Made by a program: the position numbers and the translations under genes. Positions 27,653 to 36,858 of a DNA stretch of 48,298 bases are shown here, piece by piece. The notes below the pieces were generated by a model, which ran no database searches, was not told the origin of the DNA, and was given only the letters and a program-made list of their open reading frames with translations. Positions within the stretch are counted from its first letter, which is position 1. Each line of letters opens with the position of its first letter. The DNA comes from an uncultured Victivallales bacterium (GTDB taxonomy: Bacteria; Verrucomicrobiota; Kiritimatiellia; JAQICX01). Location of the stretch: assembly GCA_964441455.1 (NCBI GenBank), contig CAYTUX010000282.1:1-48298 (forward strand), read 5' to 3'.

Positions 27653-30131
27653 AAATGCAGCAATATTTATAGGTGGTTTTATATTTTTAGTAATTTTACT
27701 GATAATACTTTTTTCGGGCAATGGATTGTTAACAACGGGAGATGACTCAATAACAGGCTATGCTCGATTAATTGCTGATTTTCCTGCGTCATTTATAAGC
27801 GACTGGAACAGATTTTCTCTTTTAGGAGGTACAGGACGCTTTACCCCATTGCTTCCAACATACTTTACCCGTTTAATAAGCAATCCATTTATGTCGCACC
27901 TGAGCGGTTATTTTCTGAATGTTCTCTTTGTATTTATCGCCATGGTATATTTTTTAAGAGGAAAAAAGCTGTCATGGACAGCGTGTGTTGGCGGAGGCAT
28001 TGCCATGGCTCTATCCGGTTATTTTTTCACTCTTGTTTCTGCCGGACATCGGGGAATATTTCAAATGATGCCATGGGCTGTACTAATGTTTGCAACAATT
28101 GACAGAGGTTTCAGAAACAGACAGTTTTTTTATTTCGGGGTTACTGCGTTATGTCTTGCATGGGGATTTCCAAATCAGCCGGATATTATGGGCATGTTTG
28201 TATTAATACTTATGCCCTATGCCCTATTCAGGCTAATCCAAGAGTGGCGGATATCCAAGAATAAAAACCTTATAATTGTAACACTTTCCGGAGCTATATT
28301 TGCCGCACTAATATTTGGACTGGTTGCATTCCAAACAATTGACCAACTAATTAATGTTACAATGAAAGGCAGGGAACAACAGCTAAACGCAGGCACATCA
28401 TCTCAGAGCACTAAACTCACTCCTGAACAGGAAAAACAGAAAAACTGGATTTTTTGTACAAACTGGAGTCTTCCCCCGGCTGATGCAATTGAATTTATTG
28501 CTCCATTTATATATGGAGTTGAAACAGGAAACAAAACATATCCATACTGGGGACAGATTGGTCAAACCTATAAATGGGAAGAGCATCATCAAGGTCTTTT
28601 CAATCTAAGACAACATACAGTTTATATTGGTGCAATACAGCTGGTTTTTGCCATCTTTGCTTTAGTGATGCTTATATCTTATTACAGGAAAAAGGAGAAA
28701 ACTGAAGATACATTTCTATCAAACAGCAAGAATCGTGCAGAGCTGTTATTCTGGCTCATCACATTCATAATTGTACTACTGTTGTCATTGGGCAGATACT
28801 TTCCTCTCTATAAACTATTTTATATGATTCCGGGAGTAAATAAAATTAGATGCCCAATTAAGTTCCTGCATATGTGTAATCTAGCTGTTGCAATTCTCTT
28901 TGCATACGGCATTGACCTATTTACAGAAAGTTTAAAAGAAAAGAAAAAAAACGTCACAATCGTTTTTGGTTATACATGCCTTGTTATTTCTGTTATTATG
29001 ATAATATTGGCAGGTACAACGCTTAAAAGCACTGCTTTTGCAGACCAGCTTAACCAGATGGGACTTGGGGGAGTGTCTGCTAATCTCATTAAAATAAGAT
29101 CTTTTGGCTTCTTCTTTGGATTTATGACATTTGCATTCTGTGGAATACTTTTTCAAATAATATATTATATTGACAACTCAAATATAAAAAAATATCTGCC
29201 ATATATCATAGTTTTGGCGGTTGGAATTGAGATGAGTGTCGTTAATAAATACTTTATAAATAGACAACCTCAAATGATGCCGCTACTTGAAAAGAACTAT
29301 TTCATAAAATCTATAAAATCCGATGACAGTCTTTATAGAATAAGCTGTCCCACACAAGAGCCTCCTTTCAACTATTGGAAACGTTTTACATTTCCAATAA
29401 ATCTGATGAACGTAAGCGTACCATCAAACATTGAAAATCTGCCGGAAGATTACAAAAGTTTTTATGAGGCTGGTTTCAAAGATACAGCAAGATTATGGCA
29501 ATTGACCAATACCAAATATATAATTGCTCCTAAAAAAGGCATAATGGAACTCATAAAAGCTGACAAAGGATTCAAGTTGCATACTACATTTGATGTAAAC
29601 AACAACATGCAGGTAAGGGCACCAATGGTTATAAACAATGGTCAATTTGGTGTTGCCAGATATGAAAAAACACTGCCAAGAGCTGCTCTATATTACAATT
29701 GGAAAACTATGCCGCGAGATGATATGTTAACGGAATTAACATCTGGCTCATGGAATCCACAAACCGAGGTGCTTGTTACAGAAGAAATTGTTAATAAAAA
29801 TTCAGCAGTTATTCCTCCGTCCCCTGCAGAGATTATTAAATACCGCCCGGATAAGATTGTAATAAAAGCAGATGCCGATCAAAACGGTGTATTACTTCTT
29901 AATGATAAATTCGACACAAAATGGAAAGCAGAAATTGACGGAAAGCCGACAGAAATTTTTCCATGTAATTATATCATGAGAGGTATTGCTGTTGAAGCAG
30001 GCAAGCATACAATTACAATGAGATACACTCCATATATGAAAGCATTTATTTTACAGCTGCTTGGAATACTTATTATAATTAGCGTTATAATATATTCCAA
30101 ACTCAAATCAAAAAAAACAATACAACAGTAA
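27642..30131 (+). CDS. YfhO-family polytopic membrane protein (GT-C-like glycosyltransferase fold)
   Basis: 829 aa with many TM segments. C-terminal NDKFDTKWKAEIDGKPTEIFPCNYIMRGIAVEAGKHTITMRYTP matches the YfhO C-terminal pattern. Overlaps the ABC ATPase gene by 11 nt. Confidence 0.75.
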   Translation: MKNKNAAIFIGGFIFLVILLIILFSGNGLLTTGDDSITGYARLIADFPASFISDWNRFSLLGGTGRFTPLLPTYFTRLISNPFMSHLSGYFLNVLFVFIAMVYFLRGKKLSWTACVGGGIAMALSGYFFTLVSAGHRGIFQMMPWAVLMFATIDRGFRNRQFFYFGVTALCLAWGFPNQPDIMGMFVLILMPYALFRLIQEWRISKNKNLIIVTLSGAIFAALIFGLVAFQTIDQLINVTMKGREQQLNAGTSSQSTKLTPEQEKQKNWIFCTNWSLPPADAIEFIAPFIYGVETGNKTYPYWGQIGQTYKWEEHHQGLFNLRQHTVYIGAIQLVFAIFALVMLISYYRKKEKTEDTFLSNSKNRAELLFWLITFIIVLLLSLGRYFPLYKLFYMIPGVNKIRCPIKFLHMCNLAVAILFAYGIDLFTESLKEKKKNVTIVFGYTCLVISVIMIILAGTTLKSTAFADQLNQMGLGGVSANLIKIRSFGFFFGFMTFAFCGILFQIIYYIDNSNIKKYLPYIIVLAVGIEMSVVNKYFINRQPQMMPLLEKNYFIKSIKSDDSLYRISCPTQEPPFNYWKRFTFPINLMNVSVPSNIENLPEDYKSFYEAGFKDTARLWQLTNTKYIIAPKKGIMELIKADKGFKLHTTFDVNNNMQVRAPMVINNGQFGVARYEKTLPRAALYYNWKTMPRDDMLTELTSGSWNPQTEVLVTEEIVNKNSAVIPPSPAEIIKYRPDKIVIKADADQNGVLLLNDKFDTKWKAEIDGKPTEIFPCNYIMRGIAVEAGKHTITMRYTPYMKAFILQLLGILIIISVIIYSKLKSKKTIQQ

Positions 30132-30153
30132 GAATATTTTCAGAAAGAGACTC

Positions 30154-31059
30154 ATGGAATATTATACAAACATTTTAAATACAATTGGAAACACCCCCTT
30201 ACTAAAACTTGAAAAAATTTCTGATTTTCCAATATTTGCAAAGGCGGAATTCTTAAATCCTGCCGGAAGCGTAAAAGATCGTGTTGCTCTATATTTAATT
30301 GAACAGGCAGAGAAACGAGGAGAGTTGAAACCCGGAATGGTAATAGCAGAAGCGACCTCGGGCAACACAGGAATCGGAGTCACTTTTGTTGGTGTTCATA
30401 AAGGATACAGAGTTATTATTGTTATGCCTGAAAACATGAGCGAAGAACGTAGAAAGATTATCAAGGCTTTTGGTGGTGAATTGATATGCACTCCGACCGA
30501 AGAGAGCCTCAATGGTTGTCTTGCAAAACTTGAGGAATTAAAACAGGAAATTCCGGATCTATATATCCCAAATCAATTTAAGAATCCAGACAATCCGGAG
30601 ATACATTACAAGACTACCGGTGCAGAGATCTGGCATCAGATGGAAGGACAGGTAGATGCATTTGTAGCAGGAGTAGGCAGTGGTGGAACTTTAGCAGGCG
30701 TGGGAAAATTTCTTAAAGAGAAGAATTCTGATATACAACTTATTGCAGTAGAGCCTGCAAATGTATCTGCTCTGCTTGGTCAGGAACCCGGACTTCATAA
30801 AATAGAAGGAATCGGCGACGGATTTATTCCGGATATATTGGATGTTTCTCTGATTGACGACATAATCACCGTAACGGATGATGATGCAGTAAAGACTGCA
30901 CAGCAGATTACTCTCAAAGAAGGTGCACTTGTAGGAACGTCTGCCGGGGCTAATATTTGGGCAGCAATAGAGTTTGGAAAGAAAATTGGTCAAAATAAAA
31001 ACATTGTCACAATACTTCCAGATCGAGCCGAACGATACTTCAGCACAGCTCTGATTTAA
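30154..31059 (+). CDS. cysK: cysteine synthase A (O-acetylserine sulfhydrylase)
   Basis: SVKDR PLP-lysine motif, TSGNTGIG, GVGSGGT. Confidence 0.92.
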   Translation: MEYYTNILNTIGNTPLLKLEKISDFPIFAKAEFLNPAGSVKDRVALYLIEQAEKRGELKPGMVIAEATSGNTGIGVTFVGVHKGYRVIIVMPENMSEERRKIIKAFGGELICTPTEESLNGCLAKLEELKQEIPDLYIPNQFKNPDNPEIHYKTTGAEIWHQMEGQVDAFVAGVGSGGTLAGVGKFLKEKNSDIQLIAVEPANVSALLGQEPGLHKIEGIGDGFIPDILDVSLIDDIITVTDDDAVKTAQQITLKEGALVGTSAGANIWAAIEFGKKIGQNKNIVTILPDRAERYFSTALI

Positions 31060-31086
31060 AATTGTAAGAACAGGCAGGCACCAAGA

Positions 31087-31105
31087 CCAAGCACATAGTT
31101 CCCAT
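31087..31105 (-). repeat. copy of the dispersed ATGGGAAYNATGTGCTTGG core
   Basis: CCAAGCACATAGTTCCCAT on +, between the convergent genes cysK and mntP. Confidence 0.5.
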
Positions 31106-31117
31106 AATCTTAGCATT

Positions 31118-31672
31118 TCAGATGAAGTGAGTCACCAGAACTTTTATTCCAATCATAATCAAAATAACGCCTCCAAAAATCTCAACTTTACTCTCAAAAA
31201 TGTGTCCAAACAACTTGCCGATATAAGCACCTAAGAAAGAAAACACAAAAGTTATAATACCAATAAATAAAACTGGCAACAAAACTTTAACATTCAAGAC
31301 AGACAATGTAATTCCTACAGCAAAAGCATCAACACTTGTTGCAATTGCCATTATGAACAAAACATATATATTTAAGGGATTACTATACTTTGCTTCTGAA
31401 ATCTGATAACTTTCATAAATCATTTTTGTTCCAACAAAAACTAAAAGAACAAAAGCGATCCAATGACCAAAAAATTCAAGGAAACGACCTGCAAAGTTTG
31501 CCAGAAACCATCCAAGTAGAGGCATAACAGCTTGAAACAAACCAAAGAAACCTGCAATTAACAATGCGTGCTTAATATGCATTTTTTTTATCACGGCACC
31601 ACTACTTATGGAAACAGCAAATGCATCCATGGTCAACCCCAGGGCAATAAATATAATAGTAACTATTGACAT
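31118..31672 (-). CDS. mntP: manganese efflux pump MntP
   Basis: Two DAFAV motifs, 6 TM segments, 184 aa. Confidence 0.88.
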   Translation of the reverse strand: MSIVTIIFIALGLTMDAFAVSISSGAVIKKMHIKHALLIAGFFGLFQAVMPLLGWFLANFAGRFLEFFGHWIAFVLLVFVGTKMIYESYQISEAKYSNPLNIYVLFIMAIATSVDAFAVGITLSVLNVKVLLPVLFIGIITFVFSFLGAYIGKLFGHIFESKVEIFGGVILIMIGIKVLVTHFI

Positions 31673-31676
31673 AACT

Positions 31677-32156
31677 TTATCTTTCCGAACTCAGAAGAGC
31701 AATTGCTTGTGCCGCCATTCCCTCTTCTCTTCCAATTGCCCCCATTTTTTCAACAGTAGTTGCCTTAACAGATACACAACCAACATCAATTCCTGCGTAT
31801 TTTGCTAAAACATTTCTCATTTCTTCAATATATGGAGCCAGTTTTGGGCGTTCTGCCATAACAGTTACATCAAAATTATTGACTTCAAAACCTTTTTTAA
31901 GAACAATATCAACAACAGCCGACAGAAGCTCCACACTTTTTGCATTTTTCCATTTTGAATCGGTATCGGGGAAATGCTTTCCAATATCTCCCTCTGCGGC
32001 CGCACCCAGAAGAGCATCCATAACCGCATGAGTTATAACATCAGCATCCGAATGTCCATCTAACCCGAGATCAGATTCAATTTCCAATCCACCAAGCACC
32101 AGCTTTCGTCCCGCTTTAAATCTATGTGCATCAAAACCTATTCCAGCTCTTATCAT
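31677..32156 (-). CDS. ispF: 2-C-methyl-D-erythritol 2,4-cyclodiphosphate synthase
   Basis: GIGFDAHRF and HSDADV motifs. I chose the start at 32156 (MIRAG, AAGGA RBS). The tracked 32189 start lies inside a REP-like hairpin. Confidence 0.93.
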   Translation of the reverse strand: MIRAGIGFDAHRFKAGRKLVLGGLEIESDLGLDGHSDADVITHAVMDALLGAAAEGDIGKHFPDTDSKWKNAKSVELLSAVVDIVLKKGFEVNNFDVTVMAERPKLAPYIEEMRNVLAKYAGIDVGCVSVKATTVEKMGAIGREEGMAAQAIALLSSER

Positions 32157-32180
32157 ATTAAATTTCCTTTTTTCCTGTAC

Positions 32181-32291
32181 GGGCGACATTCTTGTCGCCC
32201 TTTTATCTTTCGGCAGACATTCTTGTCGCCCTTTTATCTTTCGGCCGACATTCTTGTCGCCCTTTTCTTGCGGGCGACAAGAATGTCGCCC
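32181..32291. repeat. array of four REP-like 20-nt palindromes: three direct copies with a 31-bp period, then one inverted copy
   Basis: GGGCGACATTCTTGTCGCCC at 32181. GGCAGACATTCTTGTCGCCC at 32212. GGCCGACATTCTTGTCGCCC at 32243. GGGCGACAAGAATGTCGCCC at 32272. The 11-nt linkers TTTTATCTTTC are identical. Confidence 0.85.
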
Positions 32292-33257
32292 CTACGCAAT
32301 CCCAAAACAAAACCCCTTTTCAATTCTATACCCTCTGACAAATGCAGAGCCTTCCATCTTTTTTTTTCCTTCAGGTTGCACAAATTCAAGACTTACGCAA
32401 CCATTCCCTGTCTGCACGACCGGAGAACCATCATCTGTAAAAGATATTACAGTTCCAGGCTTAGCACCAGATAAATCAAATCCGCACACAATTAATGAAT
32501 TCCAAATCTTTAAATTCTGCTCTTTTCCGTTAATGACACACGGGGAAAAACAAACAGGCCATGAATTCATTCCCCGTATCTGATTATGCACTTCCTTAGC
32601 AGACTTACTCCAGTCAATGAGTCCGTCACTTTTTTTAAGCTTTGCTGCAAAAGTAACTAAATTATGATCTTGAGGAATTCTATCATTTGTTCCATCAAAA
32701 ATTTCTGACAATGTTTCAACAAGCAATCTACTTCCTGCACTACTTAAATTATCATGCAGTATTTCCGCTGTATCATTTTCCCCGACGGCAACCTTTGTCT
32801 GCGAGATGATATCGCCATCATCCATTTTTTCATTCATATACATTACTGTTACGCCACTGACGGTTTCACCTGCAAGCACAGCACGCTGTATCGGAGCTGC
32901 ACCACGATATTTTGGAAGCAGCGATGTATGAAGGTTTATACAACCAAACCTGGGAACATCAAGAATATCCGGTTTAATAATCTGTCCATAAGCAACAACA
33001 ACAATAATATCGGGATTGAGATCTTTAATCATCTCAATACTTTCAGGAGAGTTTACGCACTCGGGAGTCATTACATTCAGACCATTCTTCAAAGCCAAAA
33101 CTTTAACAGCCGACGGCATTAGTTTCAACTTACGACCAAATGGTCTGTCAGGTTGACTAATTACGCCAACTATCTCAAATTTACCGCAATCGATGATTGT
33201 CTTCAAAGACTCTGCCGCAATTTCCGGAGTACCCATAAATAATATTTTCTTTTTCAT
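32292..33257 (-). CDS. fmt: methionyl-tRNA formyltransferase
   Basis: FMGTPEIAA N-terminus and HTSLLPKYRGAAPIQ motif. Confidence 0.95.
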   Translation of the reverse strand: MKKKILFMGTPEIAAESLKTIIDCGKFEIVGVISQPDRPFGRKLKLMPSAVKVLALKNGLNVMTPECVNSPESIEMIKDLNPDIIVVVAYGQIIKPDILDVPRFGCINLHTSLLPKYRGAAPIQRAVLAGETVSGVTVMYMNEKMDDGDIISQTKVAVGENDTAEILHDNLSSAGSRLLVETLSEIFDGTNDRIPQDHNLVTFAAKLKKSDGLIDWSKSAKEVHNQIRGMNSWPVCFSPCVINGKEQNLKIWNSLIVCGFDLSGAKPGTVISFTDDGSPVVQTGNGCVSLEFVQPEGKKKMEGSAFVRGYRIEKGFCFGIA

Positions 33258-33268
33258 TCAAAAATCCT

Positions 33269-35206
33269 TTAAAAAATCAACGGTCTTTCAGCACGAACAA
33301 ACTTTGATGGAATTTCCTTTACAAAACGGGAAGGATTACACGGAATGAAACCTCCTGTTTTAGCTCTGTTAATCTGAGGTACACACATACAGAGTTCATC
33401 TTCAGCACGTGTAACAGCAACATAAAACAGCCGACGCTCTTCCTCTATTTTATCAAGACTCTCTTCATCAATTGATTTTCTTGATGGAAACATTCCTTCC
33501 GCAAGCCACGGAATAATTACAACCGGCCATTCTAACCCTTTTGCCTGATGTATAGTACCAAGTCGGACAACATCCTGGTCAACCCCCATCTGCTGTTCCT
33601 CATCAAGAGAAGTCAGCAAAGCAACCTCATTCATAAAACTACTTAAACTATCATACTGCTTAATATATCCTGCAATTGCTGTAATATCTTCCATTCTTTT
33701 ATCTGCATTATCAAACTGGTCTTTTGCATATTTATCATAAAAAGTATCAACATATTCATTAACGATAAAAACACCATCAATATTATCTGACGAGATGGAA
33801 TCAAATATTTTGTCAATATCTTTCCAATGTTCTTTGGCGGTCGGTTTCAGCAGCAAAAGCAGATTTTCTCTATCGCTCTTACTGAAAACATCAAATGATG
33901 CACCCAATCTACGCCAAAGTCCGCTAGCTGACTTAGGTCCTACGCCCGGAAACATCATCATTAATCTTGCAAACGACAATTCGTCACCCGGATTTAAAAT
34001 CAGACGCAAAAAGGCACATACATCTTTTATATGAGCCTGTTCAAAGAAGCGTATACCTGATGTGACAATAAAAGGGATATTTTGTCGTACAAGAGCAAAC
34101 TCCAGCTCCATTGAGTGAAAGTGAGAACGATACAAAATGGAGATATCAGAATACTTATATCCTTCATGTTTCTTATTCATAATATACTGACATATATATT
34201 TAGCCTGGGCATCACCCGTGCGAACAGTCACAACAGAAGGCTTAATATATGAATCTCGTGTAGAACGTAAAACTTTCTTAAATTGGTTTATATTACCTTC
34301 AATACATGCATTTGCAACATCAAGTATCTCCGGAACGCTTCGATAATTGGTCTCAAGCATAAATTTTTGTGCATTTTCATATCTGTCAAGAAAAGACATA
34401 ATGTTTTCAAAATTTGCTCCTCTCCAAGAATATATACTTTGAAAATCGTCACCAACAACCATTAAATTATTATGTCCTTTAACAAGCAGATCAACAATAT
34501 TTCCCTGAATAGAATTTGTATCCTGATACTCATCAACAAGTACATAATCAAACTGAGCTTGATATCTTTCTGCAAGATCCGGATTCTCCCGCAGCAACTT
34601 GAGACATTTTTTCAAAATATCATCAAAATCCATAGACATCATATTAATCTTACGATTCTCATATTCATCATAAACTCTTATAATGTCATCCACATTATGT
34701 TCACCATCATTAAACCGCAGAAAAATCTGTTCTTCAACCGGCAATTCCATATTAACGGCCAAGCCGCAGACACCTAGAATCACTTGTGCCTTAGGGAACT
34801 CTTTTGCCTTAAAACCTAAATCTCTAATGCATTGTGTCATCAAAGTTTTTGAATCAGCACTATCCAAGATTGTATAGTTCTGATTAAAACCCACACGCTG
34901 TGAATGCTTTCTTAAAATTCTATTTGCAAGGTGATGAAATGTTCCACCCCACATACCATAAATATCCTGTCCTGCAAGAACATTTACTCTATCAAGCATT
35001 TCCCTGGCAGCTTTATTAGTAAAGGTAAGCAGAAGAATTCTCTCCGGCTTCATTCCATGTTCAAGCAGATATGCTACCCTATGGACCAAAGTATGTGTTT
35101 TACCCGTACCTGCCGCAGCAAGCACAAGCAGCGGTCCATGACCAGATGTAACAACATTGTACTGTTCCTCATTTAAAACTGATTTAAAATCTATCTTATT
35201 CATCAT
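33269..35206 (-). CDS. UvrD/PcrA/Rep-family ATP-dependent DNA helicase
   Basis: AAGTGKT Walker A, VDEYQDTN motif II. The start is probably MMNKIDF (35206/35203). The tracked 35236 ATG sits in the loop of a REP-like palindrome. Confidence 0.9.
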   Translation of the reverse strand: MMNKIDFKSVLNEEQYNVVTSGHGPLLVLAAAGTGKTHTLVHRVAYLLEHGMKPERILLLTFTNKAAREMLDRVNVLAGQDIYGMWGGTFHHLANRILRKHSQRVGFNQNYTILDSADSKTLMTQCIRDLGFKAKEFPKAQVILGVCGLAVNMELPVEEQIFLRFNDGEHNVDDIIRVYDEYENRKINMMSMDFDDILKKCLKLLRENPDLAERYQAQFDYVLVDEYQDTNSIQGNIVDLLVKGHNNLMVVGDDFQSIYSWRGANFENIMSFLDRYENAQKFMLETNYRSVPEILDVANACIEGNINQFKKVLRSTRDSYIKPSVVTVRTGDAQAKYICQYIMNKKHEGYKYSDISILYRSHFHSMELEFALVRQNIPFIVTSGIRFFEQAHIKDVCAFLRLILNPGDELSFARLMMMFPGVGPKSASGLWRRLGASFDVFSKSDRENLLLLLKPTAKEHWKDIDKIFDSISSDNIDGVFIVNEYVDTFYDKYAKDQFDNADKRMEDITAIAGYIKQYDSLSSFMNEVALLTSLDEEQQMGVDQDVVRLGTIHQAKGLEWPVVIIPWLAEGMFPSRKSIDEESLDKIEEERRLFYVAVTRAEDELCMCVPQINRAKTGGFIPCNPSRFVKEIPSKFVRAERPLIF

Positions 35207-35221
35207 TCCCTTAAATTTTTC

Positions 35222-35249
35222 GTACGGGCGAGACATGTCTCGCCCCTAC
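35222..35249. repeat. REP-like palindrome GTAC-GGGCGAGACATGTCTCGCCC-CTAC
   Basis: Perfect 8-bp arms around CATG. Fills the yihY/helicase junction and reads MSRPY on both strands. Confidence 0.8.
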
Positions 35250-36700
35250 ACCACAAAATCCCTCAAAGAGACATCCTTAAAGTCATCTCTTAAAGCATTA
35301 TCAATCTTCTCCACTAATTCCTTTATATCTTTTGGAACTCTATTCAAACCGGCATCTGAATTATTCAATCCCAATCTTGCAAAATCTCCGGCTACCTTTG
35401 CAACGGTCAAATCAGCCGGCGAACGTTTAAAACAATATACACCGGGTTGTGCTTCAACAGCAGATATATAATTCAAACTCTCCAGATACGAGATAGCTTC
35501 ATTAAGCAGACGTATCGGCAATGTATATTTCTTTGCAAAATACTCAACAGAAAAATTCTGTCCATCTTTATTAATCATCAAATCGATATTATCAATAATA
35601 ATTGCCATAATCAAAGTTAACTTGGATGCAAAACTGACATTTTTTCCATCTACACTATAGTCACAATCCATATCATTCTTCAATGCCGAAGCAAATTCTG
35701 CTCCATAAAGAATAATCTGCCAGCTAATCAAAACCCATAACAGAATAATAGGAAGAACCGCCAAACTACCATAAATACGACTTGCCTTAACAACACCAAT
35801 CTGTAAAGCCATACACAACCATAGCCACCCTGCCAGCAGGAGTGCCGCAACAAAACCACCAACTAATGCATGAGTAAATTTTACCTTTGTGTTTGGAATA
35901 ATGATATAAACCAAAGCAAAAACAAGGGAAACGCCGGCTAAAACAAGACACTTGTTTATAAATGCATTGTTGACAGCAACATCAAGAACATTAGCAGCCT
36001 TACTATAAAAAAGATGGTTAATCATATCCAAAACCGGAAGCGACAGAAAAATTGAAAGAAGTGCTGGCACAAGAAGTATGATTGCCAGATAATCTGCAAA
36101 TTTTCGCCATATAGGACGACCTTTAACAACCCCCCAAATTTTATTAAACGTCTTTTCAATCTTAGATAACATTGAAATAACCATAAAGATCAACCCGCCA
36201 AAGCCAACAAACCCCAAAGCTTTAAAATTCAGTTCACTGATCCTCTTCAGCAGTTTTTCAGAAGTATTTTTTAAATCTACGGTGAAAGATTGAGCAAAAA
36301 GCAAATCACTGCTTACCGAATCTGTCGTGTTGGTCTTTCCTCCATGCTGAAGCTTATATCTATCTGTAGCCATCTGTTCAATATTTTGGGCAACATCAGA
36401 AGTCAATTTCATAACCTTGTCCTGCAAAAGCTCCTCGCCACCGAAAGCACGACCAAGGGCAATAGTTACAACTAGTATAGGAATAAATGCAAGAAGTGTA
36501 TTGTAAGTCAAAGCTGTGGAGTGTAAAGGACATTCATCTCTACCAAAACTTCTAATTGAAAGATAGAAGGCTCTCAAAAATTTTAGTGCATGTTTTTTTA
36601 AACCACCATAATCTTTCATGTAACTTTCATCAAAAATTTTGGATAAAAAATCATGCCGTTTTTTTTGTACATCTAAAAATATTTTCTTTATATCAATCAT
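35246..36700 (-). CDS. YihY/BrkB-family membrane protein with extra C-terminal soluble domain
   Basis: YihY-type N-terminus (ALTYNTLLAFIPILV) with about 6 TM segments, then about 130 aa of non-membrane tail. Confidence 0.8.
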   Translation of the reverse strand: MIDIKKIFLDVQKKRHDFLSKIFDESYMKDYGGLKKHALKFLRAFYLSIRSFGRDECPLHSTALTYNTLLAFIPILVVTIALGRAFGGEELLQDKVMKLTSDVAQNIEQMATDRYKLQHGGKTNTTDSVSSDLLFAQSFTVDLKNTSEKLLKRISELNFKALGFVGFGGLIFMVISMLSKIEKTFNKIWGVVKGRPIWRKFADYLAIILLVPALLSIFLSLPVLDMINHLFYSKAANVLDVAVNNAFINKCLVLAGVSLVFALVYIIIPNTKVKFTHALVGGFVAALLLAGWLWLCMALQIGVVKASRIYGSLAVLPIILLWVLISWQIILYGAEFASALKNDMDCDYSVDGKNVSFASKLTLIMAIIIDNIDLMINKDGQNFSVEYFAKKYTLPIRLLNEAISYLESLNYISAVEAQPGVYCFKRSPADLTVAKVAGDFARLGLNNSDAGLNRVPKDIKELVEKIDNALRDDFKDVSLRDFVV

Positions 36701-36794
36701 GTATCACTCCATTAAAAAGTTCTAATTTCAAGAAAATTGCAAACTATTGTGTTGCTTCGCAGCTTGTCTAATATTTTCTATTTGAAAAGCAAAA

Positions 36795-36819
36795 CACATC
36801 ATTCCCATAAGCCCCATAG
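36795..36819 (-). repeat. copy of the ATGGGAAYNATGTG core with a phased second unit
   Basis: The - strand reads CTATGGGGCTTATGGGAATGATGTG. Lies between the glcD-like stop and the yihY start. Confidence 0.5.
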
Positions 36820-36858
36820 TTCACATTTTTCCTCTTAACTCTTAGCACGTTTCACTTG

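Noticed and set aside
32181-32291. Mini CRISPR array (31-bp period)
   Set aside because: The 11-nt linkers are identical to each other, unlike CRISPR spacers. There are only three direct units, the last unit is inverted, and no cas genes are present.
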